Part shown: positions 28,894-39,047 of the stretch, in pieces
How the letters are laid out: each line of letters starts with the position of its first letter
Position numbering within the stretch: position 1 is the stretch's first letter
NCBI GenBank assembly: GCA_032128375.1
Contig: JAQBGU010000135.1
Coordinates: 32,128-96,127, forward strand
DNA from: Deltaproteobacteria bacterium
GTDB taxonomy: Bacteria > Myxococcota_A > UBA9160 > SMWR01
Reading direction: 5' to 3'
DNA: 64,000 nucleotides
The notes under the pieces: model-generated
The model's database searches: none
The model's input: the letters and a program-made list of their open reading frames with translations, nothing else
What the model was told of the DNA's origin: nothing
Made by a program: the position numbers and the translations under genes

Positions 28894-30138
28894 ATGGGTG
28901 AAGTGCTCGAGCTCTCTGAACGCGCATGGGCGGGCGAACTCGGCGCAACAGAGATTCACCCAAGCCGTGCGCTAGTCGGTCTCGAGGAGTTCGACACCGG
29001 CCTGGCATTCATGTCGGCGTTTTCGAACGTCGCGGTGATCGACACCGCGGAAGGCTTGGTGTTCATCGATACAAGCGGTCCCTTTCACGCAGCGAAGGTC
29101 CACCAATGCGTGCGAGCGTGGTCGGATCGGCCTCTGAACACCGCGATCTACACACACGGGCATGTCGACCACGTTTCGGGGCTGGGCGCATTCGAGGCGG
29201 AACTCGACGGTCCGAAAGTGCGTGTGATTGCGCACACGGCCTGCCCAGCGCGCTTCGACCGCTACCGGCTGACCCACGGCTACAATGGCGTGGTCAACAT
29301 GCGCCAGTTCGGCTTCCCAAAGCCGCTGTTTCCAAAGGAGTTTCGTTATCCGGACGAGACACTGCAGGAAAGCCGGGTGCTCGAAATCGGCGGCGAGCGT
29401 ATCGAACTCTTCCACGACAAGGGCGAGACAGACGACCACCTGTGGGCCTGGCTCCCAGATCGCAAGACGCTGTACACAGGTGACCTGTTTATCTGGGCCG
29501 CTCCCAACTGCGGCAACCCACAGAAAGTCCAGCGGTATCCCCGCGAATGGGCAATCGCGCTGCGAAAGATGCAGGCGCTGGGTGCCGAGCGGTTGTTCCC
29601 AGGCCACGGGCCGCCGATTCTGGGTGTCGACAGGGTCAACCGCGCGCTCTCAGAATCGGCCGAACTGCTCGAGACATTGGTCGAACAAACGCTGGTGTTG
29701 ATGAACGAGGGCATGCGGCTGAATGACTTGCTTCACGAAATCGAACTCCCCGAACACCTGCTCGCGCGGCCGTACCTGCGCCCCGTCTATGACGACCCGA
29801 TGTTCATCGTGCGAAACCTGTGGCGGCTGTACGGGGGCTGGTACGACGGCGATCCTCCGAGTCTGAAACCGGCGCGGGACATCGATGTCGCGCGGGCGCT
29901 CGCCGAACTGAGCGGAGGTGCCCGCACGTTGGCGAAGCGCGCCGAGCAATTCGCCGCAGAGGGCGAACTGGCGGTGGCTTGCCATCTGGTCGAGTTCGCC
30001 TGGCGAGCTGCGCCCGAGGATTCCGGCATCGCATCGATCCGAACCGTGATCTACCGATTGCGCGCAGAATCGGAGCGGAGCTTGATGGCCAAGGGGATTT
30101 TCGGCGCCGCGGCCCGCGATTCGGATCCAGCCACGTAG
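28894..30138 (+). CDS. Alkyl sulfatase-like metallo-beta-lactamase-fold hydrolase with dimerisation domain
   Basis: YTHGHVDH, GETDDH, TGDLF, PNCGNP, PGHG, YGGWYDG. Confidence 0.9.
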   Translation: MGEVLELSERAWAGELGATEIHPSRALVGLEEFDTGLAFMSAFSNVAVIDTAEGLVFIDTSGPFHAAKVHQCVRAWSDRPLNTAIYTHGHVDHVSGLGAFEAELDGPKVRVIAHTACPARFDRYRLTHGYNGVVNMRQFGFPKPLFPKEFRYPDETLQESRVLEIGGERIELFHDKGETDDHLWAWLPDRKTLYTGDLFIWAAPNCGNPQKVQRYPREWAIALRKMQALGAERLFPGHGPPILGVDRVNRALSESAELLETLVEQTLVLMNEGMRLNDLLHEIELPEHLLARPYLRPVYDDPMFIVRNLWRLYGGWYDGDPPSLKPARDIDVARALAELSGGARTLAKRAEQFAAEGELAVACHLVEFAWRAAPEDSGIASIRTVIYRLRAESERSLMAKGIFGAAARDSDPAT

Positions 30139-30190
30139 TCCTTGGTTTGGTCCGGAACACGAACGTGCTCGAGCGGGTGAAGAGGTGGGG

Positions 30191-31240
30191 TTGAAGCGCG
30201 CAGGTATTCTGGCAGTGATCTGCGCAGCGTTGCTTCTGACGCTAGGCCCGATTCTCGGACAGAACTTCAATCCCGTGGTCGACGGATCCATCTACCGGAG
30301 CGCACAACTGGACGCTGAGGATCTCGCGTTGCGGGCAGCCGAGTTCGGGCTCGCATCGATCGTCGCGGTACGGCCGGCGCGACCCAGCAAGGCGTGGTAC
30401 ACCGCCGAAAAATCCGTTGCCGACACGCTCGGACTGAAGCTGGTCAACGTGAGTCTCAGCGCAGACCGGATGCCGTCGCGCCAACGCCTGCAAACGCTGG
30501 TCGGAGCGTTGGATGCCGCGCCGCGTCCGATGCTGCTGCATTGCCGAGCAGGCGTCGAACGCAGTGGCCTCGCGGCAGCAGTCGCGCTGCTTCTGGAGGG
30601 GGAGTCGGTCGAGTCCGCCCGCGGACAATTTTCGCTTCGATACGGTTTCCATCCATGGCTGTCTCAATCGGACCTGCCACGGGTCCTGGATCGATACGAG
30701 CAATGGCTGGAAGTTTCGGGCATCGACAGTTCGGCTGAGAATTTCCGCGGCTGGGTCGACGCTGTCTACGTCGCGGCGTTTTACAAAGCCGACCTCGAGA
30801 TCGTCGATTTTGATGCCGACGCGCGGGCCGGTCAACCGATCCCGTTTTCGTTGCGGGTCACGAACCGGAGCCCAGACACGCAGCATTTTCGAGCGGCGAA
30901 CGATTTCGGAGTTCACGTCTCCACGCTGATCGAGGGGATCAGCAGTCCCGATTATCGACACGAGGGGCGCTGGGGAAGGCAAGATGTCGATGTGGCTGCC
31001 GGCGCATCCCATGTTTTTGATATCGAATTAGCGGCTCTGCCCAGTGCTGGGATGTATCGATTGACCATCGATCTCGTCGACGAGAGTGTTGCGTGGTTTT
31101 CGGATATGGGGTCGACGGTTCTGGTTCGGGAATTCGAGTTGGGACCGGTTCCCGAGGTCGCCGCAGGTCCAGTGGTGATCGAGCAACAGAACGAATTCGA
31201 GGCGGAACGCGATCGGCCAGCGAGGTCGCGAACCGAGTGA
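30191..31240 (+). CDS. Exported protein-tyrosine/dual-specificity phosphatase with C-terminal Ig-like domain
   Basis: IYRSAQL, HCRAGVERSG (CX5R), C-terminal GMYRL.IDLVDE..AWF; N-terminal TM/signal. Confidence 0.85.
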   Translation: MKRAGILAVICAALLLTLGPILGQNFNPVVDGSIYRSAQLDAEDLALRAAEFGLASIVAVRPARPSKAWYTAEKSVADTLGLKLVNVSLSADRMPSRQRLQTLVGALDAAPRPMLLHCRAGVERSGLAAAVALLLEGESVESARGQFSLRYGFHPWLSQSDLPRVLDRYEQWLEVSGIDSSAENFRGWVDAVYVAAFYKADLEIVDFDADARAGQPIPFSLRVTNRSPDTQHFRAANDFGVHVSTLIEGISSPDYRHEGRWGRQDVDVAAGASHVFDIELAALPSAGMYRLTIDLVDESVAWFSDMGSTVLVREFELGPVPEVAAGPVVIEQQNEFEAERDRPARSRTE

Positions 31241-31249
31241 AGACTCTGG

Positions 31250-32365
31250 TCACGCCCGTCTGTCGGCGCGCTGTAGCGCGCCGCGCAGGAAGCCCCGTTC
31301 GCGATTCAGCAGCTCTACGAGGCGCAATTGTGCGCGGAAGCGATCGAGGTTTTGGTTGGGGCGCTGGATCTTGAAGTAGACGTCGCCCTCCAGGTGGTCC
31401 GTCAGGAAGCGCGCGCCGTTTTCGAACGCCATCACGGACCCCGCGAGAGGCAGCACTTCGAGCTCCGCAGGCGTGAGGAGCGACTGCGCGCCCACGCGGT
31501 AACCGAGCGCTATCGCCTCCAGTAAATCGGATTCGATCGCCATCGTTTCGGTGCGAGTCTCGTCTTCGGGAGATCGACAGGCCGTAGTCCGGACCAGCTC
31601 ACCGAAGTCGGAAAGGACCGTCCCGGTCATCACGGTGTCCAAGTCGATCACACACATTGCCTCGCCGGTTTGTTCATCCAACAGCACATTGTTGATTTTG
31701 CAGTCGTTGTGGACGATTCGCTCCGGCAGTTCGGAGTGACCGGAGACAGACAACTCGGCTGAAAGCGACTCATAGGCAGCAGCCGTATGTTCGATTTCCC
31801 GGCCGAGAGAACGGGCACGCCCGTGCGAATCTGCGCCGACTGCCGCCTGCAAAGTGGCATAGCGGTGTGGCAGATCGTGAAAATGGGGGATCGTCTCGGC
31901 GAGTGGCGGAGCCGCCAACCCTTCGAGCAGGCGGACAAAATCGGCGAAAGCCCGGGCAGCCTGATAGGCCTGCGCTGGACTCTCGACCGCGTCGACGCTG
32001 CGGGTCCGCTCCTGGAACCGGAAGCAGCGCCAATAGGCACCGTGTTCATCGAGCCAGATCGGAGAGCCGGATCGTGTCGCCATCACCCGCAAGCAGCGCC
32101 GATCGGCATCCAAGACGCGAGCGTTCTCGAGCTCGCTTTGGAGGTGTCCGCAGATTCGGCCGATGTTGTCCATCAACGAGGTGGGGTCGCGAAATATGCC
32201 CGCATTGATGCGCTGGAGAATGTGGCGCTCGGGCGACCCGCCTGGGGCCAGTCCGGCCGAAACCGAGTGGCGGACGACGAATGTGTCGTGAATGTGTCCA
32301 CCACCGATCGGCTCTGCACCTGCAAAGGTCCCGGAAATATTGAACTGTGCAGCGATGGTCTCCAC
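31250..32365 (-). CDS. Aminoglycoside-phosphotransferase-fold kinase (N-acetylhexosamine 1-kinase-like)
   Basis: GGGHIHDTF, ILQRIN, ETIPHFH, HNDCKINNVL, IDLDTVM, RFLTDHL.GD.YFK. Start uncertain. Confidence 0.85.
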   Translation of the reverse strand: METIAAQFNISGTFAGAEPIGGGHIHDTFVVRHSVSAGLAPGGSPERHILQRINAGIFRDPTSLMDNIGRICGHLQSELENARVLDADRRCLRVMATRSGSPIWLDEHGAYWRCFRFQERTRSVDAVESPAQAYQAARAFADFVRLLEGLAAPPLAETIPHFHDLPHRYATLQAAVGADSHGRARSLGREIEHTAAAYESLSAELSVSGHSELPERIVHNDCKINNVLLDEQTGEAMCVIDLDTVMTGTVLSDFGELVRTTACRSPEDETRTETMAIESDLLEAIALGYRVGAQSLLTPAELEVLPLAGSVMAFENGARFLTDHLEGDVYFKIQRPNQNLDRFRAQLRLVELLNRERGFLRGALQRADRRA

Positions 32366-32651
32366 GAGAACGTGAGCATAGCGGCTGGGTCTTGGACGCG
32401 GGGCGCGAGTCGCGAACGGGACGGGCCTACACCCCAGTGAAGTCCTTCGCATGCGGGCGACGGCTGAACGGCTACCCTCGCATTCTGGACGGGTCTTCGA
32501 CGATGATCAAATCAGGCAGTCTGCCGCGCATCGCCCACACGCTGCCGCGCAAGAATGCCGATACGCTGAATCGGAGCATGCTCCTTCGCTGGAGCTGTGC
32601 ATGGCTGATAGGCTGGTCGCGCGCGGAACGTTGGAAAATGGATCGATAGCG

Positions 32652-34346
32652 ATGAGTTTTGCGCACCACGACGACGATCTGACGATGCCGTTTACGTGTC
32701 CGGAGTGCGGCGACACCGGCGCCAGGCAGCGCTTCGCATCATTCCACTTCAGCTGTCCCGGATGCAACCTGAGTGTGGCGCACGTCGACTTGGCACCGAC
32801 CGGAATAGTGCGAGAGGTGTTTGGCTGGCTGTTGCCCCCGGGCACGCTGCTGGCCGACCGATACAGGGTCAACAGTCTGCTGGGACGGGGTGGCTTCGCC
32901 GCCACCTACGGTGTGGCGGATACGCGGCTTGCGAATCGACGCTGCGCGTTGAAGGAAGTCCCCCGGGTGTTGTTCGATAGCGGGGAGATGGAGATCCTCA
33001 GTCGGCTCGACCATCCCGGGATCCCCAACATTCGCGACAAGTTCGAGCTGGGCTCCATGGTGTACCTGGTCCTCGAATTCGGAGGCAGTCGCTCGCTGGC
33101 CACGGAGCGAATCCAGCGCGGCGGAACGATCCCGGCTGCCACGTTGTTGCCGTGGATCAGCCAGCTGTGCGGCGTGCTCGAGTACCTGCATGCGCAAGAC
33201 CCGCCGATCGTCCACCGGGATCTGAAGCCCGGCAATGTGCTGCTGACCGAAGGCGGCCGGATCAACCTGATCGATTTCGGGATCGCGAAAGAGACACTGA
33301 CGGGCACGCAGACCCGGACGATTGCGCGCTCGGCAACCCATGGATTTTCGCCCCCAGAGCAGGTGTTGGGGACCGGGACCGACGAGCGATCCGACGTGTA
33401 TTCGCTCGGCGCGACTCTCTTCCAGCTGCTGACCGGCCACAAGCCGCCGCCGGCTCACGAGCGTGTTGCGGGTGCGGAACTGGCGCGGCCCGGATCGCTG
33501 GTGGAGGGTGTTTCGCCGACGCTCGACGAGCTGATTCTGCGCGCGATGGAACTGAACATCCACAAGCGCATTCAATCGATCCGGGATTTTGCGGCCCGGC
33601 TCGACGCGATTTCTGCCGGAGAGCCAATCCCGCTGATGTCGACCGACAGCCAGCGGCCATTGGCGGATGACGCCCCAACCCTCGGATCCGATCGCAGACT
33701 ACCCGCGAACCTGTCGGACGCTGAAACGCTCTATCTGGGGAGCGACCCACCGGCATTCCAGACGTCGAGTCGATCGGGTGAAACACGGCGATTCTCGGCG
33801 GCTCTCGTCGCATGGTTGGTATTCGGGTTGGCAGGAGTCGGCGGCGCGATGTGGTGGCTGCAACGCGAACCCGCGGCACGCAGCGAGCGGCCCGCCCAGG
33901 TTGCCGCGGTTCCGGAGCCCCAGCCGCCCGCGTTGGGTTCGCAAACTGATGTCGCTTCGCCAACAGCCCCACCGATAGCGATCGCTCCCGAAGCGAATGC
34001 ACCGGCAACACCCGACTCCGTTCGCGAATCCGCCGGGGTCCAGCTAGAACCCGATTCCGAACCGCAATCGACCCCTGATTTGGCTCGGATCCAGCCGGAA
34101 CGGCAATCGATTCCGGTCCCGATTCCGGTCCAAAGTCGGATCGAGCCCGGGCCGAGTGTGGATCCCGTTGCACCGGCTCGGTTGGTGCCACCACCCAGCC
34201 GGCCAGTCGTCAGTACCTTGGCGTCGGATGGCGTCGAGCCGGTTCCATCCGGAACGAGTGAACAAGTGGAGCCCCGCTCCCCGGACCCCGCCAAGCCGAA
34301 TTGGGGAGCGGGATTCAAGAAGGGGTCAGTCCGGCGCATCGATTGA
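32652..34346 (+). CDS. Hanks-type Ser/Thr protein kinase with N-terminal Zn-ribbon, one TM and a Pro-rich extracellular tail
   Basis: CPEC..CPGC; LGRGGFA, ALKE, HRDLKPGN, DFG, PPEQ, SDVYSLG. Confidence 0.93.
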   Translation: MSFAHHDDDLTMPFTCPECGDTGARQRFASFHFSCPGCNLSVAHVDLAPTGIVREVFGWLLPPGTLLADRYRVNSLLGRGGFAATYGVADTRLANRRCALKEVPRVLFDSGEMEILSRLDHPGIPNIRDKFELGSMVYLVLEFGGSRSLATERIQRGGTIPAATLLPWISQLCGVLEYLHAQDPPIVHRDLKPGNVLLTEGGRINLIDFGIAKETLTGTQTRTIARSATHGFSPPEQVLGTGTDERSDVYSLGATLFQLLTGHKPPPAHERVAGAELARPGSLVEGVSPTLDELILRAMELNIHKRIQSIRDFAARLDAISAGEPIPLMSTDSQRPLADDAPTLGSDRRLPANLSDAETLYLGSDPPAFQTSSRSGETRRFSAALVAWLVFGLAGVGGAMWWLQREPAARSERPAQVAAVPEPQPPALGSQTDVASPTAPPIAIAPEANAPATPDSVRESAGVQLEPDSEPQSTPDLARIQPERQSIPVPIPVQSRIEPGPSVDPVAPARLVPPPSRPVVSTLASDGVEPVPSGTSEQVEPRSPDPAKPNWGAGFKKGSVRRID

Positions 34347-34365
34347 TGAGCATCACGAGATCGGC

Positions 34366-34421
34366 GATTGGGTACGACAGATTCGGTACGACAGATTCCG
34401 TACTACACATTCCGTACTACC
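34366..34421. repeat. Tandem repeat, 14 nt x4 (GATTGGGTACGACA / GATTCGGTACGACA / GATTCCGTACTACA / CATTCCGTACTACC)
   Basis: Read directly. Confidence 0.9.
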
Positions 34422-34440
34422 AGGAAGAAGGGGAGGGCTG

Positions 34441-35046
34441 ATGACCAGAACCGCACGTATGGCCTGTTGTGTCGTGCTCGGTAGTGCGCTCGTGACAGGC
34501 TGCACCACAACCCAGGGAATCGGAGCGTTGGGTGGGGCAGCCACCGGCGCGCTCATCGGTGGCCTCGCCGGAGGCAACGCGACGGGCGCTTTGATCGGCG
34601 CGGCTGCTGGCGCAGCGGCCGGGTGGGGCGCTGCGGCGCTGTACGAGTATCACGTCAACCAGAGTCGTTCTGTGGAACAAGACGCCGAGATCTACGGATA
34701 CACACCCGGCGTGGGCCCAATCGTGAAGATCCGCGATGCGAGCTGTTCCCCGCGGACTGCGAGAGCGGGCGAATCGGTGCGGATCCGAAGTGACTACTCG
34801 GTGAATTCCGTCTCGGGCGAGCCGGTGATGATCTCGGAACAATGGCACCTCGAAAAGGACGGCGAGGTGCTCCACGAATTCCCGGTGAACCGAGAAACCC
34901 GAGCATCGGGCGGGTGGCTGGCTGAGAATTCCTTCGAACTTCCTCAGGATGCGCCGCCAGGAACCTACGTATTTGTCAACCGAATTCAGGCCGATGACGG
35001 CAGTGAGGATCGCCGGGATGCGGTCTTCATTCTTTCGGAGGGATAA
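34441..35046 (+). CDS. Glycine-zipper lipoprotein with C-terminal beta-sandwich domain
   Basis: GGAGG RBS; lipobox VTGC; GAATGALIGG...GAAAGW zipper. Confidence 0.85.
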   Translation: MTRTARMACCVVLGSALVTGCTTTQGIGALGGAATGALIGGLAGGNATGALIGAAAGAAAGWGAAALYEYHVNQSRSVEQDAEIYGYTPGVGPIVKIRDASCSPRTARAGESVRIRSDYSVNSVSGEPVMISEQWHLEKDGEVLHEFPVNRETRASGGWLAENSFELPQDAPPGTYVFVNRIQADDGSEDRRDAVFILSEG

Positions 35047-35128
35047 GGAATTTTGGCGGAAACCAGCATGGTTCCCCCAGGTAGAGCGCACGGGCTACCG
35101 GGCGAACTGCCAGGCGCCAGGTAGTCCG

Positions 35129-35842
35129 TTGCGATCTGGAGCCGCCAATCCGCATGGCGGAATTCTGGCGCTCGGGCTCGTCGCGTTGTGGGTCGGTTGC
35201 GCGCAGTCGACCTCGATCGCCGGAGACTGCCAGAACGAGCGCGAACGCGCCCGGAACGTCGCCCGGAAGATCAACGAACAGTGGCCTCTGCGCAGCGCCG
35301 ACTACGTGACCGAACTGGTGGAAGCCGTGGTCTGGCGGCTGGCCAGTGTCGATCAGCAACGACGCTGGGAGATCGTTGTTTTTCGCAGCCGCAGGGCCGA
35401 GGCCTACTCGATCGGCGACAGTCGCATCTACATCAGCGATGGAACCGTGCGCGCTTGTGAGACGGAGTCAGAACTCGCTGCGATTCTCGCGCACGAGATG
35501 GCCCACCAGCTGCTTGGGCATTTCTGCGAGGGCGCGGGCGCGAGCCTCGGGCGCGCACGGTCCATCGGTTCGATTTCTCTTGGGATCGACAAATCCAAGG
35601 AACTCGCGGCAGATCGTTTCGGGCTCGACCTGATCGCGCGCGGTGGCTACGACCCACGCGCTGCGCTGAACATCGTCCGTAGAGTCCAGTCCGGAAACCC
35701 GCGCGGACATCTCGACGAAACGGGTCGAGTCGCTCGGCTGGAAGGACTCCTGGCGCGTTATTCCGCGCGTTCGGGATTCGAGACAGAGCAGTTCGCCAAG
35801 GCGCGCGCGATGCTGCACGCCGAACGCGGTCTACGGCCGTAA
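35129..35842 (+). CDS. M48-family zinc metalloprotease (lipoprotein)
   Basis: ELAAILAHEMAH, ELAAD..G, GYDP; lipobox WVGC. Start uncertain. Confidence 0.85.
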   Translation: MRSGAANPHGGILALGLVALWVGCAQSTSIAGDCQNERERARNVARKINEQWPLRSADYVTELVEAVVWRLASVDQQRRWEIVVFRSRRAEAYSIGDSRIYISDGTVRACETESELAAILAHEMAHQLLGHFCEGAGASLGRARSIGSISLGIDKSKELAADRFGLDLIARGGYDPRAALNIVRRVQSGNPRGHLDETGRVARLEGLLARYSARSGFETEQFAKARAMLHAERGLRP

Positions 35843-35965
35843 TCGGGCCGTGAGGAGTCAGCGCAATCGCCCAGCGCTCGGCGGTTGCGTCAGGGCTTCG
35901 ATGCTGGCTGCGCGACTCACGGGTGGCTGGGGCTATAGTGCGAATCCGCCTCAGGGGAGAATCCG

Positions 35966-37582
35966 ATGGAATTCAATCTCGCTGATCTTTTCGAAAACGC
36001 CGTCGATGCGTTCGCTGACCGCGAGTGCATCATCGCCGACGGGCAGCGCCGAACCTACGCAGAGATGGATGCTCGGGCCAACCAGCTGGCGCATCACCTC
36101 GCAGACAACGGCGTGGGGCCGGGGGCGCACGTCGGAATCTACGCTTACAATTCGGTCGAGTGGGTCGAATCGCTGTGGGCTGTATTCAAGCTCCGCGCGA
36201 TCTGGATCAACATCAATTTTCGATACGTCGAAGACGAACTGCGTTACCTGTTCGACAACGCCGAGCTCGACGCACTGATCTACCAGCGCCAATTCGCGCC
36301 GAGAGTCGCAGCCTTGCGCGACAAGCTCCCGAAGCTCCGTCACACGATTGCCATCGAGGACGGTAGTGGCGCGGATCTGGCGAAGGTTGATTCCGCCGAG
36401 TACGAGGCCGCCTTGTCGAGTGAATCGACTGATCGCGAATTCGCTCCCCGATCGGGCGATGATCACTACATGCTGTATACCGGCGGTACGACGGGAATGC
36501 CCAAAGGGGTTGTCTGGCGCCACGAGGATGTATTTTTCGCGCTCGGGGGTGGGATCGACCAGGTCGACGGCAGCCGCGTCGATCGTGGCGAAGAAATGGT
36601 GGCCAAGGGCCAGGGCATCCCGCAGTCGGTCTTCCTGCCGATCGCGCCTTTGATGCACGGTGCGACCCAGTGGTCCGTGATGGGAGGGAGCCTGGTCGGC
36701 CGCAAGAACGTACTCGTCGCGAACTTCGACCCGGACGAAGTCTGGCGGCTGGTGGGTCGAGAGAAGATCAACGGCGTGATGATCACCGGCGATGCGATGG
36801 GCCGGCCGTTGGTGGAAGCCCTGCATGGCAATATCGCGAACTACGACCTGACATCGCTGGGAGCGATCGTCAGCAGCGCAGCGGTATTCTCCCCGACCGT
36901 CAAAGATGAGTTCTTCGAACATCTGCCGAACCTCGTCATCACTGACAGCATTGGCTCGTCGGAAAGTGGTGGCAATGGAGTCGCGATCATTACCAAGGGC
37001 AACACCGCGATGAAGGGCGGGGGCCCTACAGTCCGAGCTGGAGCGAACGCGCACGTTCTCGATGAGAACCTCGACCCGGTGGAGCCGGGCACGGGCGTGA
37101 TCGGAAAACTGGCGCGGTCGGGGAATATTCCGCTCGGCTACTACGGCGATCCCGTGAAATCCGCCGAAACCTTCGTCGAGAAAGACGGCGTGCGCTACTC
37201 GATGCCCGGCGACTTCGCGATGCTCGAAGCCGATGGCACGATCACGCTGCTGGGGCGCGGTTCGGTTTCGATCAATTCCGGCGGAGAAAAAATTTTTCCC
37301 GAAGAGGTCGAATCGGCGATCAAATCACACCCTCATGCATTCGACGCAATCGTCGTGGGGGTCCCGGACGAGCGTTGGGGAAGTCGGGTTTCTGCGGTCG
37401 TGCAACTGCGAGAGGGAGCGAGCCTCGCACTCGAGGATCTGCAGGCGCATTGTCGGACGAAACTCGCCGGCTACAAGGTGCCGCGCGAACTCCATCTGGT
37501 CGATCGCGTCGAGCGCTCGCCGACCGGCAAGCCGGACTATCCCTGGGCGCAGCAGGTCGCGATGGGTGAACTAGACAGTTGA
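35966..37582 (+). CDS. Acyl-CoA synthetase (FadD19-like)
   Basis: YTGGTTGMPKG, IGSSESG, PGD, LLGRGS..INSGGEKIFPEEVE, GKPDY. Confidence 0.93.
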   Translation: MEFNLADLFENAVDAFADRECIIADGQRRTYAEMDARANQLAHHLADNGVGPGAHVGIYAYNSVEWVESLWAVFKLRAIWININFRYVEDELRYLFDNAELDALIYQRQFAPRVAALRDKLPKLRHTIAIEDGSGADLAKVDSAEYEAALSSESTDREFAPRSGDDHYMLYTGGTTGMPKGVVWRHEDVFFALGGGIDQVDGSRVDRGEEMVAKGQGIPQSVFLPIAPLMHGATQWSVMGGSLVGRKNVLVANFDPDEVWRLVGREKINGVMITGDAMGRPLVEALHGNIANYDLTSLGAIVSSAAVFSPTVKDEFFEHLPNLVITDSIGSSESGGNGVAIITKGNTAMKGGGPTVRAGANAHVLDENLDPVEPGTGVIGKLARSGNIPLGYYGDPVKSAETFVEKDGVRYSMPGDFAMLEADGTITLLGRGSVSINSGGEKIFPEEVESAIKSHPHAFDAIVVGVPDERWGSRVSAVVQLREGASLALEDLQAHCRTKLAGYKVPRELHLVDRVERSPTGKPDYPWAQQVAMGELDS

Positions 37583-37671
37583 ACTAGACAGTTGAACTCG
37601 ACAGTTGAACTCGACAGTTGAACTAGACAGTTGGACTAGGCAGTTGAACCCGACCGGTGAATTCGACAGAT
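37568..37671. repeat. Tandem repeat, 13 nt x8 (consensus GAACT[A/C]GACAGTT)
   Basis: Read directly; five near-identical copies followed by three increasingly diverged copies. Confidence 0.95.
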
Positions 37672-37708
37672 GAAAAGGTTTGGCCAAGCGCGATTCGTCG
37701 CACGGCTC

Positions 37709-38272
37709 TCAGCCCGCTCTCAAGGCCGCGCGACTTTTCCGCGCGAGCCGCAACAGGCTCGCTTCGGTGATCCAGCGTTCGAGGCGATCGAGTTCGAACC
37801 ACGCGAGATCGTGTGATTCGTCGCTGACGGCGATGTGCTGGTCCGGCCCCGCGATCAGCAGGAAGCGCAGATCATGGTGATCGTGTGCTGGATCGTTGCC
37901 AATGGCCGGAATGCGGTGAACGTCGACGTCGATGAGTGACGGGTCTTGTGTGGCCGGGACGAAATCGAATTGTCGCATGCCCGACTCTTCGCGTGCTTCG
38001 CGCAGCGCGACGGCGCAAATATCCGGGTTGCCGTCTGCGTGGCCTCCGAGCTGAAGCCAGCGGTTGAGCTTCTTGTGGTGCGTGAGCAGGTAACGCTGCC
38101 GGTCCGCCGATGCGATCCAGACCGACGCGGTGATGTGCCCGGGCAGGCAGCGGCGCTCGAAGCAGTCCGGGTTCGTGGTGACCAGCGAGATGATTCGCGA
38201 GACACAGTCGCTTTCATCGGGGTGGGCGGCCTCGTAGCGTCGCAGCAACGCAAGGAGCGGTTCGCGGTGCAT
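37709..38272 (-). CDS. NUDIX hydrolase
   Basis: GHITAS, WLQLGGHADG...ALREAREESG Nudix box, H.DLRFL; GGAG RBS. Confidence 0.92.
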   Translation of the reverse strand: MHREPLLALLRRYEAAHPDESDCVSRIISLVTTNPDCFERRCLPGHITASVWIASADRQRYLLTHHKKLNRWLQLGGHADGNPDICAVALREAREESGMRQFDFVPATQDPSLIDVDVHRIPAIGNDPAHDHHDLRFLLIAGPDQHIAVSDESHDLAWFELDRLERWITEASLLRLARKSRAALRAG

Positions 38273-38476
38273 GATCAAATCTCCGATTCAGCGGCGCGTG
38301 GCGACCCGGAAGACGCGAACCGGCCGAATTTCGAATACGCGTTTCAATTCGGGATGCCGCGACAACCGGCGTGAGGCTCGCGTCCGCGCGACCCGGTAGA
38401 ATTCGCGCGCTGAGATGTCGCCACGCAGGCTTGCGAGCGCTTCGCCGTGGTGTCGCGACTTCAGTTCGACGTCACT

Positions 38477-38905
38477 TCAGCTGGAGATGTAGCGCTCGAG
38501 CTGCTCGATCGTGAACTGCTGGTCCTCGATGATGGCCTTCACCACGTCACCAATCGAAATCACTCCCGAGAGTCGCGTTTTGTCCCGTACGACGAGGTGG
38601 CGGATACGCCTTTCGGTCATGACTGACATGCACATGTCGACGCTCGTGTCACTCGTCACGCAGACGACGTCTCGGGTCATGATGTCACGAACCTGCGTGT
38701 CCTTCGAATGGCGGCCCTTCAAGATGACCTTTCTCGCGTAGTCTCGTTCCGAGACGATTCCAGCCAGTTCCCCATCATCGACGACCACCATGGCACCGAT
38801 CTCGTCGTGCGCCATCCGCTGTAATGTTTCGAAAACGGTAGCGTCCGAGTTGATCGTGTGGAGCCGATAGCCCTTGACATCGAGGATTTGTCCGACGGTC
38901 TTCAT
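38477..38905 (-). CDS. CBS-pair protein
   Basis: GIVSERDYARK, V.DIMT, IRHL.V, GVISIGDVVK. Confidence 0.93.
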   Translation of the reverse strand: MKTVGQILDVKGYRLHTINSDATVFETLQRMAHDEIGAMVVVDDGELAGIVSERDYARKVILKGRHSKDTQVRDIMTRDVVCVTSDTSVDMCMSVMTERRIRHLVVRDKTRLSGVISIGDVVKAIIEDQQFTIEQLERYISS

Positions 38906-39047
38906 GGATTCATCGTACACCCGTCGGTTCGTCAGAGAACGCACTTTTTCGTGTCTTGGTGGTGATTTCTGCTGTGGGGGTCTCGCCTCCAGCGTGAAAT
39001 GCGGAGACGTTCCGCGGTGATGCACGATCGTTGCCGCCGGGTTGCCG

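Noticed and set aside
37568..37671. CRISPR array
   Set aside because: Units are contiguous 13-mers with no unique spacers, and there are no cas genes in the window. The same applies to the other arrays.
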